Shown here piece by piece: positions 1-6,977 of a stretch of 11,118 bases of DNA. The position numbers and the translations under genes were made by a program. Origin of the DNA: Vulcanimicrobiota bacterium. Lineage in GTDB: Bacteria; Vulcanimicrobiota; Vulcanimicrobiia; Vulcanimicrobiales; Vulcanimicrobiaceae. The first letter of the stretch is position 1; each line of letters opens with the position of its first letter. The notes below the pieces were generated by a model. That model saw only the letters and a list, made by a program, of their open reading frames with translations. It was not told where the DNA came from and made no database searches. The stretch is taken from positions 1 to 11,118 of the forward strand of contig PLCF01000098.1 of assembly GCA_003135555.1 (NCBI GenBank), read 5' to 3'.

Positions 1-1
1 G

Positions 2-532
2 AACGCCCGTGCCGAGCTCGTTGCGATCCGTGCCGGGCGCCGCACCGGGCCGCGAGCTGCAGATCCACGCGTGCGCCGGCGTCGACTGGCCGGAGAACGG
101 CGTGAAATGCGGCGGCCATCCGAATCCGAGATTGTCGATCGAGCCGGTGCGCACGACGAGCTCGGCTTCACGGCCGTGTTCGGTACGCTCGTACTGCTTC
201 TCCCAGCCCGCCGCTAGCCCTGGAGGCGGCGTCGGGATCGTAGGCTCCGGCGATGGCGTGACCGCCGGCGACGCGCTTTCCGACGGCGACGCGCTTTCCG
301 ACGGCGACACACTTTCGCCGGGCGATGCCGCGGCTGCCGGCACCGCCGACGACGTTGCGGCCGGTACCGCCGACGGTGCGGCCAACCCGCTCTCTGCCGG
401 CGATGCCGCGACGGTCACTGACGGCGACTCCGACGGCGCCGGCTCGCTCGACTGGTTCGACTTGGCGCAGCCGGCCAGCGCGAATACGAAGATCAGCGCG
501 ATCATGGAAGCAACGACACGTAGCGTTCGCAT
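2..532 (-). CDS. Lipoprotein with Ser/Pro/Ala-rich linker and downstream globular domain (partial; runs off the window start)
   Basis: Manual translation from ATG at 532: MRTLRVVASMIALIFVFALAGC-AKSNQSSEPAPSESPS...SPSESASPSESASPAVTPSPEPTIPTPPPGLAAGWEKQYERTEHGREAELVVRTGSIDNLGFGWPPHFTPFSGQSTPAHAW..., open to the window edge. Lipobox LAGC (Cys22); GGAGG SD just upstream. The track ORF 9..758(+) is its antisense shadow. Confidence 0.85.
   Translation of the reverse strand, partial: MRTLRVVASMIALIFVFALAGCAKSNQSSEPAPSESPSVTVAASPAESGLAAPSAVPAATSSAVPAAAASPGESVSPSESASPSESASPAVTPSPEPTIPTPPPGLAAGWEKQYERTEHGREAELVVRTGSIDNLGFGWPPHFTPFSGQSTPAHAWICSSRPGAAPGTDRNELGTGV
266..316. repeat. 18-bp in-frame tandem repeat within the lipoprotein linker (ESASPS units)
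   Basis: CGGCGACGCGCTTTCCGA is exact at 266-283 and 284-301, with a degenerate third copy CGGCGACACACTTTC at 302-316. Confidence 0.9.
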
Positions 533-629
533 TGGCCCTCCGGCTCGATCCTGTTTCGCTGATGACTTCCGCCTCAATAGCGAGGCATTCGAGCGTCATC
601 CCGCTCGGGACCTATCGCACTTCGGCCTT

Positions 630-1280
630 TTAAGACAAACGTTCGGCCGCGCGCAGATACCCCAGCAGACTTCGCGTCAGTTCGGCTTCCATTTCTTCAT
701 CAGAAATTGGGAGCAACTCGTGCCACATGGAGATGTTTTCAAGAGCGCGTACTTCTAAGATCGTGCCGACGGTCAGCAAGCCGAAAAGCACGGCGCGCTC
801 GGGATTTGTATGCGTAATCCGATTGCGAAACATCAAGAGAACGTCGCCGGCTTTGAGGAAACTGTCCGCAACGTAGCCGAGCGCTTTTTTTCGAAACGCG
901 TCGTCGGTATCCGTCTCCACGAATCGAATCAACGCGCGCAGCAGCCCGGGATGCTCACGGTACTGGCGGCTGATTGCGCCCACGAGTCCGCTCACGGCTT
1001 CATCCAGGGAACGCGTGCTGATCGAAGCCGGCTCGAAGGGTCCACCCTCCGAGTGAACGCTCTGCTCGAGTGCATTCAGGAATGCCGCGCGCAGGAGCGC
1101 GGCCCGATCGCGAAACCGCCGGTAGACGCTTGCCGATGCGACGCCCGCTGCGGCAGCGACACGAACGATGGTCGTGCCCTCGAGGCCGTTCCTTTCCAAG
1201 GCTGCAATCGTCGCATCGAGCAGCCGAGCGAGCGTTTTGCGGCTACGGTCCTGCTGCGGGGCCAGAAAATCGCGTTTCAC
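630..1280 (-). CDS. TetR/AcrR-family transcriptional regulator (216 aa)
   Basis: N-terminal HTH region PQQDRSRKTLARLLDATIAALERNGLEGTTIVRVAAAAGVASASVYRRFRDRAALL. Probable GTG start at 1280; the track extension to 1868 is antisense to the peptidase. Stop TAA at 630-632. Confidence 0.92.
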   Translation of the reverse strand: MKRDFLAPQQDRSRKTLARLLDATIAALERNGLEGTTIVRVAAAAGVASASVYRRFRDRAALLRAAFLNALEQSVHSEGGPFEPASISTRSLDEAVSGLVGAISRQYREHPGLLRALIRFVETDTDDAFRKKALGYVADSFLKAGDVLLMFRNRITHTNPERAVLFGLLTVGTILEVRALENISMWHELLPISDEEMEAELTRSLLGYLRAAERLS

Positions 1281-1286
1281 GGCTGT

Positions 1287-1316
1287 AGTATACCGGAAAG
1301 CTTGACTTAATGTGAA
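1287..1316 (-). promoter_or_regulatory. Sigma70-type promoter for tetR (probably leaderless)
   Basis: Minus strand TTCACA (1316-1311), 18 nt, TATACT (1292-1287), then 6 nt to the GTG at 1280. No SD. Confidence 0.7.
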
Positions 1317-1330
1317 TGTGATATTACATT
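1302..1330 (+). promoter_or_regulatory. Sigma70-type promoter for the S9 peptidase (probably leaderless)
   Basis: TTGACT (1302-1307), 17 nt, TACATT (1325-1330), then 7 nt to the ATG at 1338. No SD. Confidence 0.75.
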
Positions 1331-1336
1331 CGCATT
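1309..1336. promoter_or_regulatory. Putative TetR operator (28-bp imperfect palindrome)
   Basis: AATGTGAATGTGAT|ATTACATTCGCATT matches its reverse complement at 24 of 28 positions. It is an AT-rich island overlapping both divergent promoters. Confidence 0.8.
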
Positions 1337-1337
1337 C

Positions 1338-3206
1338 ATGTCGGATACCGCGCTCATCCCGCGCGCAGTCCTTTTCGGCAACCCGGAAAAAGCGCGGCTG
1401 CGAATTTCCCCTGACGGGACGATGCTCGCGTACCTGGCGCCGAGCGACGGTTCCCTGAGCGTTTGGGTTCGCTCCATCGGCCAGACCGACGATCGGGTCG
1501 TCGCTCGCGATCCAGCGCGTCCGATTACCACGATGCGGTGGCAAGGCGACAGCCGGCACGTCCTCTACCTGCAAGACTCCGCCGGCAATGAGAACTACCA
1601 CTTGTTCCAAGTCGATCTCGACGGCGACGCTCTCCGTGACCTCACCCCGGGCGAGCATACGAAGGCGGGAAGCGCGATCTTTGCAGTCGACCATCGCCAT
1701 CCGACTGAACTCCTCATCGGCACGAACGAACGCGACAAGGGCGTTTTCGACGTGCGGCGCGTGGATCTTGAGAGCGGACGAGAGATTCTCGACACGCAGA
1801 ATCCCGGCGATGTCATGGTTTGGTGCAGTGACAACGAACTTGTCGTTCGCGCCGCCGTCGCGCAGCATGCCGACGGTTCTTCAGTCATTAACGTGCGTGA
1901 TGACGCGGACTCGGCGTGGCAGGTTCTCGATGAATTCGGCTCCGCCGACGGACTCCCGCGCGTCGTGGCGTTCTCGCCCGACGGCGCGAAGCTCTACGTC
2001 ATTACGGCGAAAGGCGCAAATGCAGCTCGCCTGCTCAGCTACGACCTTTCAACGAAAGCAGCGACGGCGCTCTTATCAGATCCGGCTTACGATGTCACAT
2101 CGGTGTATATCGATCCGGCAACGGATGCGGTCGTCGCGGCGTCGATCCTGCGTGAACGTTTGACGTGGACAACGCTGGAGCCCGGCGTTGAAGCCGATTT
2201 TGCCGCACTGGCAACCTTGCATCCCGGCGACTTCGATATCGTGGATGCGAGCGCGGACGGCAAGATGCTCATCGTTCGCTACGTCATCGATGCCGGCCCC
2301 GAGGCGTTCTTCTTATACGATCGCGCGCGGCGCGAAGCCACGCTGATTTTTTACGACCAACCCGCATTGCTCCGCTACACCCTCGCGCCGATGTCGCCGA
2401 TCGTTTTCGCGGCACGCGACGGTCTTCCGATTCACGGCTATCTGACGATGCCGGTCGGCGTCAGGGAAGGTCCGGTACCCACGGTTCTCTACGTCCACGG
2501 CGGTCCATGGTATCGCGACCGTTGGTGCTGCGAACCAGTCGTTCAGTGGTTGGCAAATCGCGGTTACGCCGTCTTGCAGGTCAACTTCCGAGGATCGACC
2601 GGCTACGGCAAGGCCTTTCTCAATGCCGGCAATCGGGAATGGGCGGGGGCGATGCGCACGGACCTCTTGGACGCGCGTGATTGGGCCATCGCGCAAGGCC
2701 ACTCCGACCCGCAGCGCTTTGCGATCTTAGGGGGCAGCTACGGCGGCTATGCAGTTCTTGCCGCGCTCACTTTTACGCCCGACGCGTTTACATGCGGCGT
2801 CGACATCGTCGGCGTTTCCGATCTGCGCACATTCATCGATTCGATTCCGCCCTATTGGAAGCCGATGCTATCCATGCTCAAAGAGCGTGTCGGGGACGAT
2901 CCCGCGTTCTTGGCGGCACAGTCGCCCCTCTCGCGAGCCCCCGACATCCGCGTACCGCTGCTGATCGGTCAGGGTGCAAATGACCCGCGGGTTCGACAAG
3001 CCGAAAGCGATCAAATCGTCAGCGTCATGCGCAAGAACGGTATTCCCGTCACGTACGTCTTGTTCAAAGACGAAGGGCACGGCTTTGCGAACCCAGCCAA
3101 CAGTATCCGCTTCTTCGCGGCCGCGGAGACCTTTCTCGCCGATGCCTTGGGCGGTCGCGTCGAGCCGCCGAACGCGGATGAAGATATCGGCCCGTACCTA
3201 CGATAA
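1338..3206 (+). CDS. S9-family (prolyl oligopeptidase clan) serine peptidase, dipeptidyl-aminopeptidase/acylaminoacyl-peptidase type (622 aa)
   Basis: N-terminal propeller-type motifs (ISPDG, FSPDG); VHGGP, NFRGSTGYG, nucleophile GGSYGG, GANDPRV (Asp) and DEGHGF (His). No signal peptide. Confidence 0.95.
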   Translation: MSDTALIPRAVLFGNPEKARLRISPDGTMLAYLAPSDGSLSVWVRSIGQTDDRVVARDPARPITTMRWQGDSRHVLYLQDSAGNENYHLFQVDLDGDALRDLTPGEHTKAGSAIFAVDHRHPTELLIGTNERDKGVFDVRRVDLESGREILDTQNPGDVMVWCSDNELVVRAAVAQHADGSSVINVRDDADSAWQVLDEFGSADGLPRVVAFSPDGAKLYVITAKGANAARLLSYDLSTKAATALLSDPAYDVTSVYIDPATDAVVAASILRERLTWTTLEPGVEADFAALATLHPGDFDIVDASADGKMLIVRYVIDAGPEAFFLYDRARREATLIFYDQPALLRYTLAPMSPIVFAARDGLPIHGYLTMPVGVREGPVPTVLYVHGGPWYRDRWCCEPVVQWLANRGYAVLQVNFRGSTGYGKAFLNAGNREWAGAMRTDLLDARDWAIAQGHSDPQRFAILGGSYGGYAVLAALTFTPDAFTCGVDIVGVSDLRTFIDSIPPYWKPMLSMLKERVGDDPAFLAAQSPLSRAPDIRVPLLIGQGANDPRVRQAESDQIVSVMRKNGIPVTYVLFKDEGHGFANPANSIRFFAAAETFLADALGGRVEPPNADEDIGPYLR

Positions 3207-3325
3207 ACGACGCATTTCGCCAATGTCGTGCGGCCGACAGCAGCGAGGGCGCGCGCTGTTTCTGCCGATCGGATAGATCGAGCGCGAACAAAGGTCGAGT
3301 CCTACATGAGAGGCAAGCAGCCCGA

Positions 3326-4117
3326 ATGAAGATTCCAGGCTATCGCGTGTCGTTCGCGGCGCTCTTCGCCGCGGCTCTGCTCGGGTCGGCGCTCTTCGGC
3401 GCCGCGCGGGCCGGCGCGCAGAGTCCGGAGATGACGTACAAGGTCGGCGACCGAGTCGAGATCGATGTGTTGATGCAGCGCAATCCGGCAATGTCCGTGT
3501 ACAAGAAAGGCACCGTGACGGCGGTCGACGTGAAAGACAATTCGTACATCGTCAGGGTCGACCCGCTCCCCGGGCAGCTGCCGGTGATCTACCGCATGCC
3601 GGTGCGTACGTACGGCCCGCATTGGATTCGCCCGATCAGCGGAGCCGGGCCGCACGCCGCGCCGCAGATCCTGTCGGCCAAGCTGCGGACCGATCAATAC
3701 GGCACCGTGCTGGCAAACCGCCCGCTAACGGATTGCGTGAATTTTCCGCACGGCGGCACGAACGGGCGGCCGCCGGCCGCTGCCCTGGCGGCAAAACTCA
3801 TCCGCTGCCTTTACGAAAAGCCTTCCGCGGTGGGGATGGACGGCGCAACGACGATGGACATCACGAGCCTGACCATCGGAGCACCGCATCGCTGGGTCGT
3901 ATACGTGGACATGGGCCAAGGCACCGCTGCAACGCTCGTCTATCCGGCGCACGTGAAGTGGACGACCGAGACGTTCTACCGGACGCGCAATGTCCTCACG
4001 ACCGGCCGCGAAGGCACCTTCACCTGCTTCGCAGACGCGACGAACCTGTGGCAATGCGGTGGTGCGACAGGTCCGAACCGCCCGGGCAGCGTCCAGGAGA
4101 TTCTCGTTACGCCCTAG
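3326..4117 (+). CDS. Secreted hypothetical protein with N-terminal SH3/Tudor-like beta-barrel and 4-Cys C-terminal region (263 aa)
   Basis: Sec-type signal MKIPGYRVSFAALFAAALLGSALFGAARAGA; YKVGDRVEIDV...YKKGTVTAVDVKDNSYIVRVD pattern; GC3-rich codons. The domain call is by eye only. Confidence 0.8.
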   Translation: MKIPGYRVSFAALFAAALLGSALFGAARAGAQSPEMTYKVGDRVEIDVLMQRNPAMSVYKKGTVTAVDVKDNSYIVRVDPLPGQLPVIYRMPVRTYGPHWIRPISGAGPHAAPQILSAKLRTDQYGTVLANRPLTDCVNFPHGGTNGRPPAAALAAKLIRCLYEKPSAVGMDGATTMDITSLTIGAPHRWVVYVDMGQGTAATLVYPAHVKWTTETFYRTRNVLTTGREGTFTCFADATNLWQCGGATGPNRPGSVQEILVTP

Positions 4118-4161
4118 TCGCGTTTCACGTTCGTCGACCCTGACCTAGCCGTGCCGGTCGA

Positions 4162-4641
4162 CTACTTCATGTTTTGCGCGAGCGTTTTTCTCACGCTCCC
4201 GCCCGTTGCGCCGACGATGTCGTCGATCCGCCAACCAGCATCGGCCGTCCTGACGAGCATGACCTTGACGTGTCCGGCCGAGGGAGCTTTCGGGTAGTGC
4301 ACCGTTACAGTAACCGTGGCGACGCCGTTGAAGGTAAACGAACTGCCGAGGCTTACGCTCGACGCCTCAATCTGCGCATCGATGAATGGATCGGCCTCCA
4401 GTACCTCCCCGTGAACCTTCTCGTACGGACGCACGCGAGCCAGCAGCGCCCAGAACGACCTCGTCATGAAGTGCCGCGCGCCGCTGAGGTGGTTGAATGC
4501 CAGTCCCTTGACGCTCGGAGAAAAATACCACGCGTAGAAGGAGTGCACCACTTCGGCCGGCCTCGGCTCCAGGGCACCGGCGGCAGCCGTCGGGGCCAAG
4601 AAGGCCAGACCGCAGAACAGGGCGATCATTCTGATGCTCAT
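4162..4641 (-). CDS. Secreted DUF3828 / YbjP-YqhG-like protein (159 aa)
   Basis: Signal peptide MSIRMIALFCGLAFLAPTAAAGA; family-like motifs VVHSFYAWY, ADPFIDAQ and GWRIDDI. Confidence 0.8.
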   Translation of the reverse strand: MSIRMIALFCGLAFLAPTAAAGALEPRPAEVVHSFYAWYFSPSVKGLAFNHLSGARHFMTRSFWALLARVRPYEKVHGEVLEADPFIDAQIEASSVSLGSSFTFNGVATVTVTVHYPKAPSAGHVKVMLVRTADAGWRIDDIVGATGGSVRKTLAQNMK

Positions 4642-4725
4642 TCCGGCAGCTTCCGCTCCGGTCGCGCCGCTCCATCCCGCGGCGCAGACGCTCGCGGTGA
4701 CCGGGTGCCGCGATCCGGACGAGGC

Positions 4726-5289
4726 CTAATCGCGCGTGAGCGTTCGCATCGCGGCGAGATAGCGCCGGACGCCGCGATCCTGTAGGTGGTCGGCGAGCGG
4801 CGGGACGAGCTGAGCGAGCGGTTGCGTCGGTCGCGACACTCCGTCGATGTCGAGACAAACATTGCCGTCTCCGTCTCTGGACACGACGAACGCCTCCTCG
4901 CCGCGTTCGGGGTGCACGGAGAGCGTGCCGTAGGCAAATCCGTATCGATTCGGCTCGTCGACGACGACCACGATGCGACACGTCCCGTCGACGAATCCGA
5001 TTGGCAGCGGCGCGCTGAACGCGACATTGGTACCGACCGCGATCGGGCCGTCCGCAGCGACCCGCAGCCCCGCGCCGCGGTGCATCCCCCATGTGCGAAG
5101 CGCCTCTACCGCTCGCTCGAACGCGTTCGAGCCTGCGAGCGGAGTCGTCCAATGACGTCTTTTCAGACCGGAAGGTGCGAGATCTCCCATCGAGACCCCG
5201 GCCGGCGCGTACGTCAATGAGTCGGTCCGGCCCCGCTCCAACAATGCGCCGAGATCACGCTCCCGTGCCGGCCACGGCCGAATGCTCAT
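4726..5289 (-). CDS. DUF1990 (UPF0548)-family protein (~187 aa)
   Basis: Motifs LTYAPAGVS, FERAVEALRTWGMH and CRIVVVVDEPNRYGFAYGTLSVHPERGEEAFVV. ATG 5289 is preferred over the track GTG at 5334; start uncertain. Confidence 0.88.
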   Translation of the reverse strand: MSIRPWPARERDLGALLERGRTDSLTYAPAGVSMGDLAPSGLKRRHWTTPLAGSNAFERAVEALRTWGMHRGAGLRVAADGPIAVGTNVAFSAPLPIGFVDGTCRIVVVVDEPNRYGFAYGTLSVHPERGEEAFVVSRDGDGNVCLDIDGVSRPTQPLAQLVPPLADHLQDRGVRRYLAAMRTLTRD

Positions 5290-5420
5290 GGACGTTTCCG
5301 ATCCAGTTGATCCATGCGGCCCAACGTTCCACACCCGCGTGCCGCAGGCATCGTACCGATGGACGAGTGACCGAGCCGCCGCGAGAGGACTTCAATCGGT
5401 ACACCCTGCATCGAGGCCGA

Positions 5421-6875
5421 ATGCTGTCACGACGTCAGGTACTGCAATCCGCCGCCGCCACTGCTGTGCTGGCGGCTGTCCCAGCCGGCATCGCGGCCGC
5501 GCCTAGTTCGGGCACGGCGGCGAATGCAGACATCACCGGCCAACTCGCACGCTACATGGTTGCGGCACGGGATAACGCCCTGCCGCCGGCGGTGCTGGCC
5601 GCCTGCAAGCAGCGCATCCTCGATACGTTTGCCGCGATGGTCTCCGGCTGCCGCCTCAAGCCGGGCTTGCTGGCCGTCGAATATGTTCGCGCGCTAGGCG
5701 GGGTGCCGCAGGCATCGGTGATCGGCACCGATTTCCGCACGACAGCGATCAACGCAGCATTCGCCAATGGGATGTGCGCGCATGCGGCTGAGACCGATGA
5801 TTTTGAGCCGGTCACTAAGGCGCATCCCGGCTGCTCCACGGTTTCCTCGGCCCTGGCGATGGCTGAAAAGGAGGGGCGGAGCGGGCTCGAGTTCATTCGT
5901 GCCGTGGCGTTGGGATACGATGTCGGCTGCCGACTGCTGATGGCGTTGGGCCCCGACCTGGTGCGCGCAACGCATCGCGCCGCGGAGGGTACCAGCTCGA
6001 CCTTTTGCGCTTTGGGCGCCGTGGCATCGCTGGCGCGGCTTGACGAGACCGGAATGCGCTACGCCATCTCCTATTCTGCGCAGCAGGTGTCGGGGTTATG
6101 GAGCTGGGTGAAGGACAAGGATCACATCGAGAAGGCGTTCGACTTTGGGGGGATGGGCGCGCGCAACGGCGTCATGGCGGTAACCCTGGTGCAGGCAGGC
6201 ATGACCGGCGTCATCGATGTTCTCGACGGCACTCATAACCTTTTCATCGCGTTATCGACAGATCCGAAACCGCAAGAGATGGTGAAAGGCCTTGGCACTC
6301 ATTTCTATGTCGCCGATTCGGCCATCAAGAAATTCGCGGTTGGGTACCCGATACAAGCGCCTCTGGATGCGTTCTTGACGCTGCGCAATCAGTATAATCT
6401 GACACCCGCCAATGTCCGCAGTATCGTCGTTAAGCTGCCGCCGGATGCAGTCGGGATTGTCGGCGACAGTGCCATGGTGGATGTTAATTGCGCGCATATC
6501 ATCGCGATCGCGATTCTGAAAGGCACCGTATCTTTCGCCGATAGCAACGATGTCGCTCTCATGCGCGATCCCCAAATTCTGCAGCAGCGCGCAAAAGTGA
6601 CTGTGACCGCCGACCCGGCCTTGGCTGATCCGGCGGCGCCGCGCGGCGCCATCATCGAAGTAACGATGACGAACGGTCAGCAAGTCTCGCATCACACAAA
6701 ATTTCCGCCTGGAACGAAAGAAAATCCGCTGAGCACCGTGGAGGTCAACGAGAAGGCAAGGGGGCTGATAGCACCCGTCCTTGGCTCGGAAAAGACGGAG
6801 CGGCTGATTACCCAAATCAACAATCTGGAAAATCTTCGAGATATTCGAGAGCTTCGGCCACTCATTACGGCGTGA
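5421..6875 (+). CDS. MmgE/PrpD-family protein with twin-arginine (Tat) signal peptide (484 aa)
   Basis: MLSRRQVLQSAAATAVLAAVPAGIAAA with GAGG SD at 5413-5416; family motifs RILDTFAAMVSG, AAFANGMCAHAAETDD...HPG, A.ALGYDVGCRL and PPGTKENPLS. Not labelled prpD because specificity cannot be judged from sequence alone. Confidence 0.9.
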   Translation: MLSRRQVLQSAAATAVLAAVPAGIAAAPSSGTAANADITGQLARYMVAARDNALPPAVLAACKQRILDTFAAMVSGCRLKPGLLAVEYVRALGGVPQASVIGTDFRTTAINAAFANGMCAHAAETDDFEPVTKAHPGCSTVSSALAMAEKEGRSGLEFIRAVALGYDVGCRLLMALGPDLVRATHRAAEGTSSTFCALGAVASLARLDETGMRYAISYSAQQVSGLWSWVKDKDHIEKAFDFGGMGARNGVMAVTLVQAGMTGVIDVLDGTHNLFIALSTDPKPQEMVKGLGTHFYVADSAIKKFAVGYPIQAPLDAFLTLRNQYNLTPANVRSIVVKLPPDAVGIVGDSAMVDVNCAHIIAIAILKGTVSFADSNDVALMRDPQILQQRAKVTVTADPALADPAAPRGAIIEVTMTNGQQVSHHTKFPPGTKENPLSTVEVNEKARGLIAPVLGSEKTERLITQINNLENLRDIRELRPLITA

Positions 6876-6946
6876 ACGTTTCGGCGGGATCGAACGGTCT
6901 CGTCCAGCTTTGGCCGCGACGGTTGGGCCCGTGGGGCTACGTCGAG

Positions 6947-6973
6947 AACCGCGCTACGGCGCGGTTTTTTTTT
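6947..6973 (+). terminator. Intrinsic (Rho-independent) terminator for the MmgE/PrpD gene, possibly bidirectional
   Basis: AACCGCGC-TACG-GCGCGGTT stem with a cUACGg tetraloop, followed by a T9 run at 6965-6973; lies between convergent genes. Confidence 0.88.
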
Positions 6974-6977
6974 CTCG

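Noticed and set aside
595..612. GTCATCCCGCTCGGGACC as a REP-like palindrome
   Set aside because: Single short instance with a minimal stem; I found no second copy in the window.
9..758. 249-aa plus-strand ORF with DALSDG repeats
   Set aside because: Antisense shadow of the minus-strand lipoprotein, which has an SD and lipobox; it also overlaps the tetR 3' end.
1281..1868. N-terminal extension making TetR a 412-aa fusion
   Set aside because: It crosses the promoter/operator region and runs antisense to the S9 peptidase; the HTH begins right after GTG 1280.
3241..3263. CAGCG/CGCTG hairpin followed by TTTCT as the peptidase terminator
   Set aside because: A 5-bp stem, 8-nt loop and short T-tract are too weak to call.
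5091..5420. 110-aa N-terminal extension of the MmgE/PrpD ORF
   Set aside because: It overlaps the DUF1990 gene on the other strand; the SD and Tat signal point to ATG 5421.
6886..6895. Minus-strand GTTCGATCCC resembling a tRNA T-loop (possible att remnant)
   Set aside because: The flanks do not form a T-stem; no acceptor stem, CCA end or cloverleaf.
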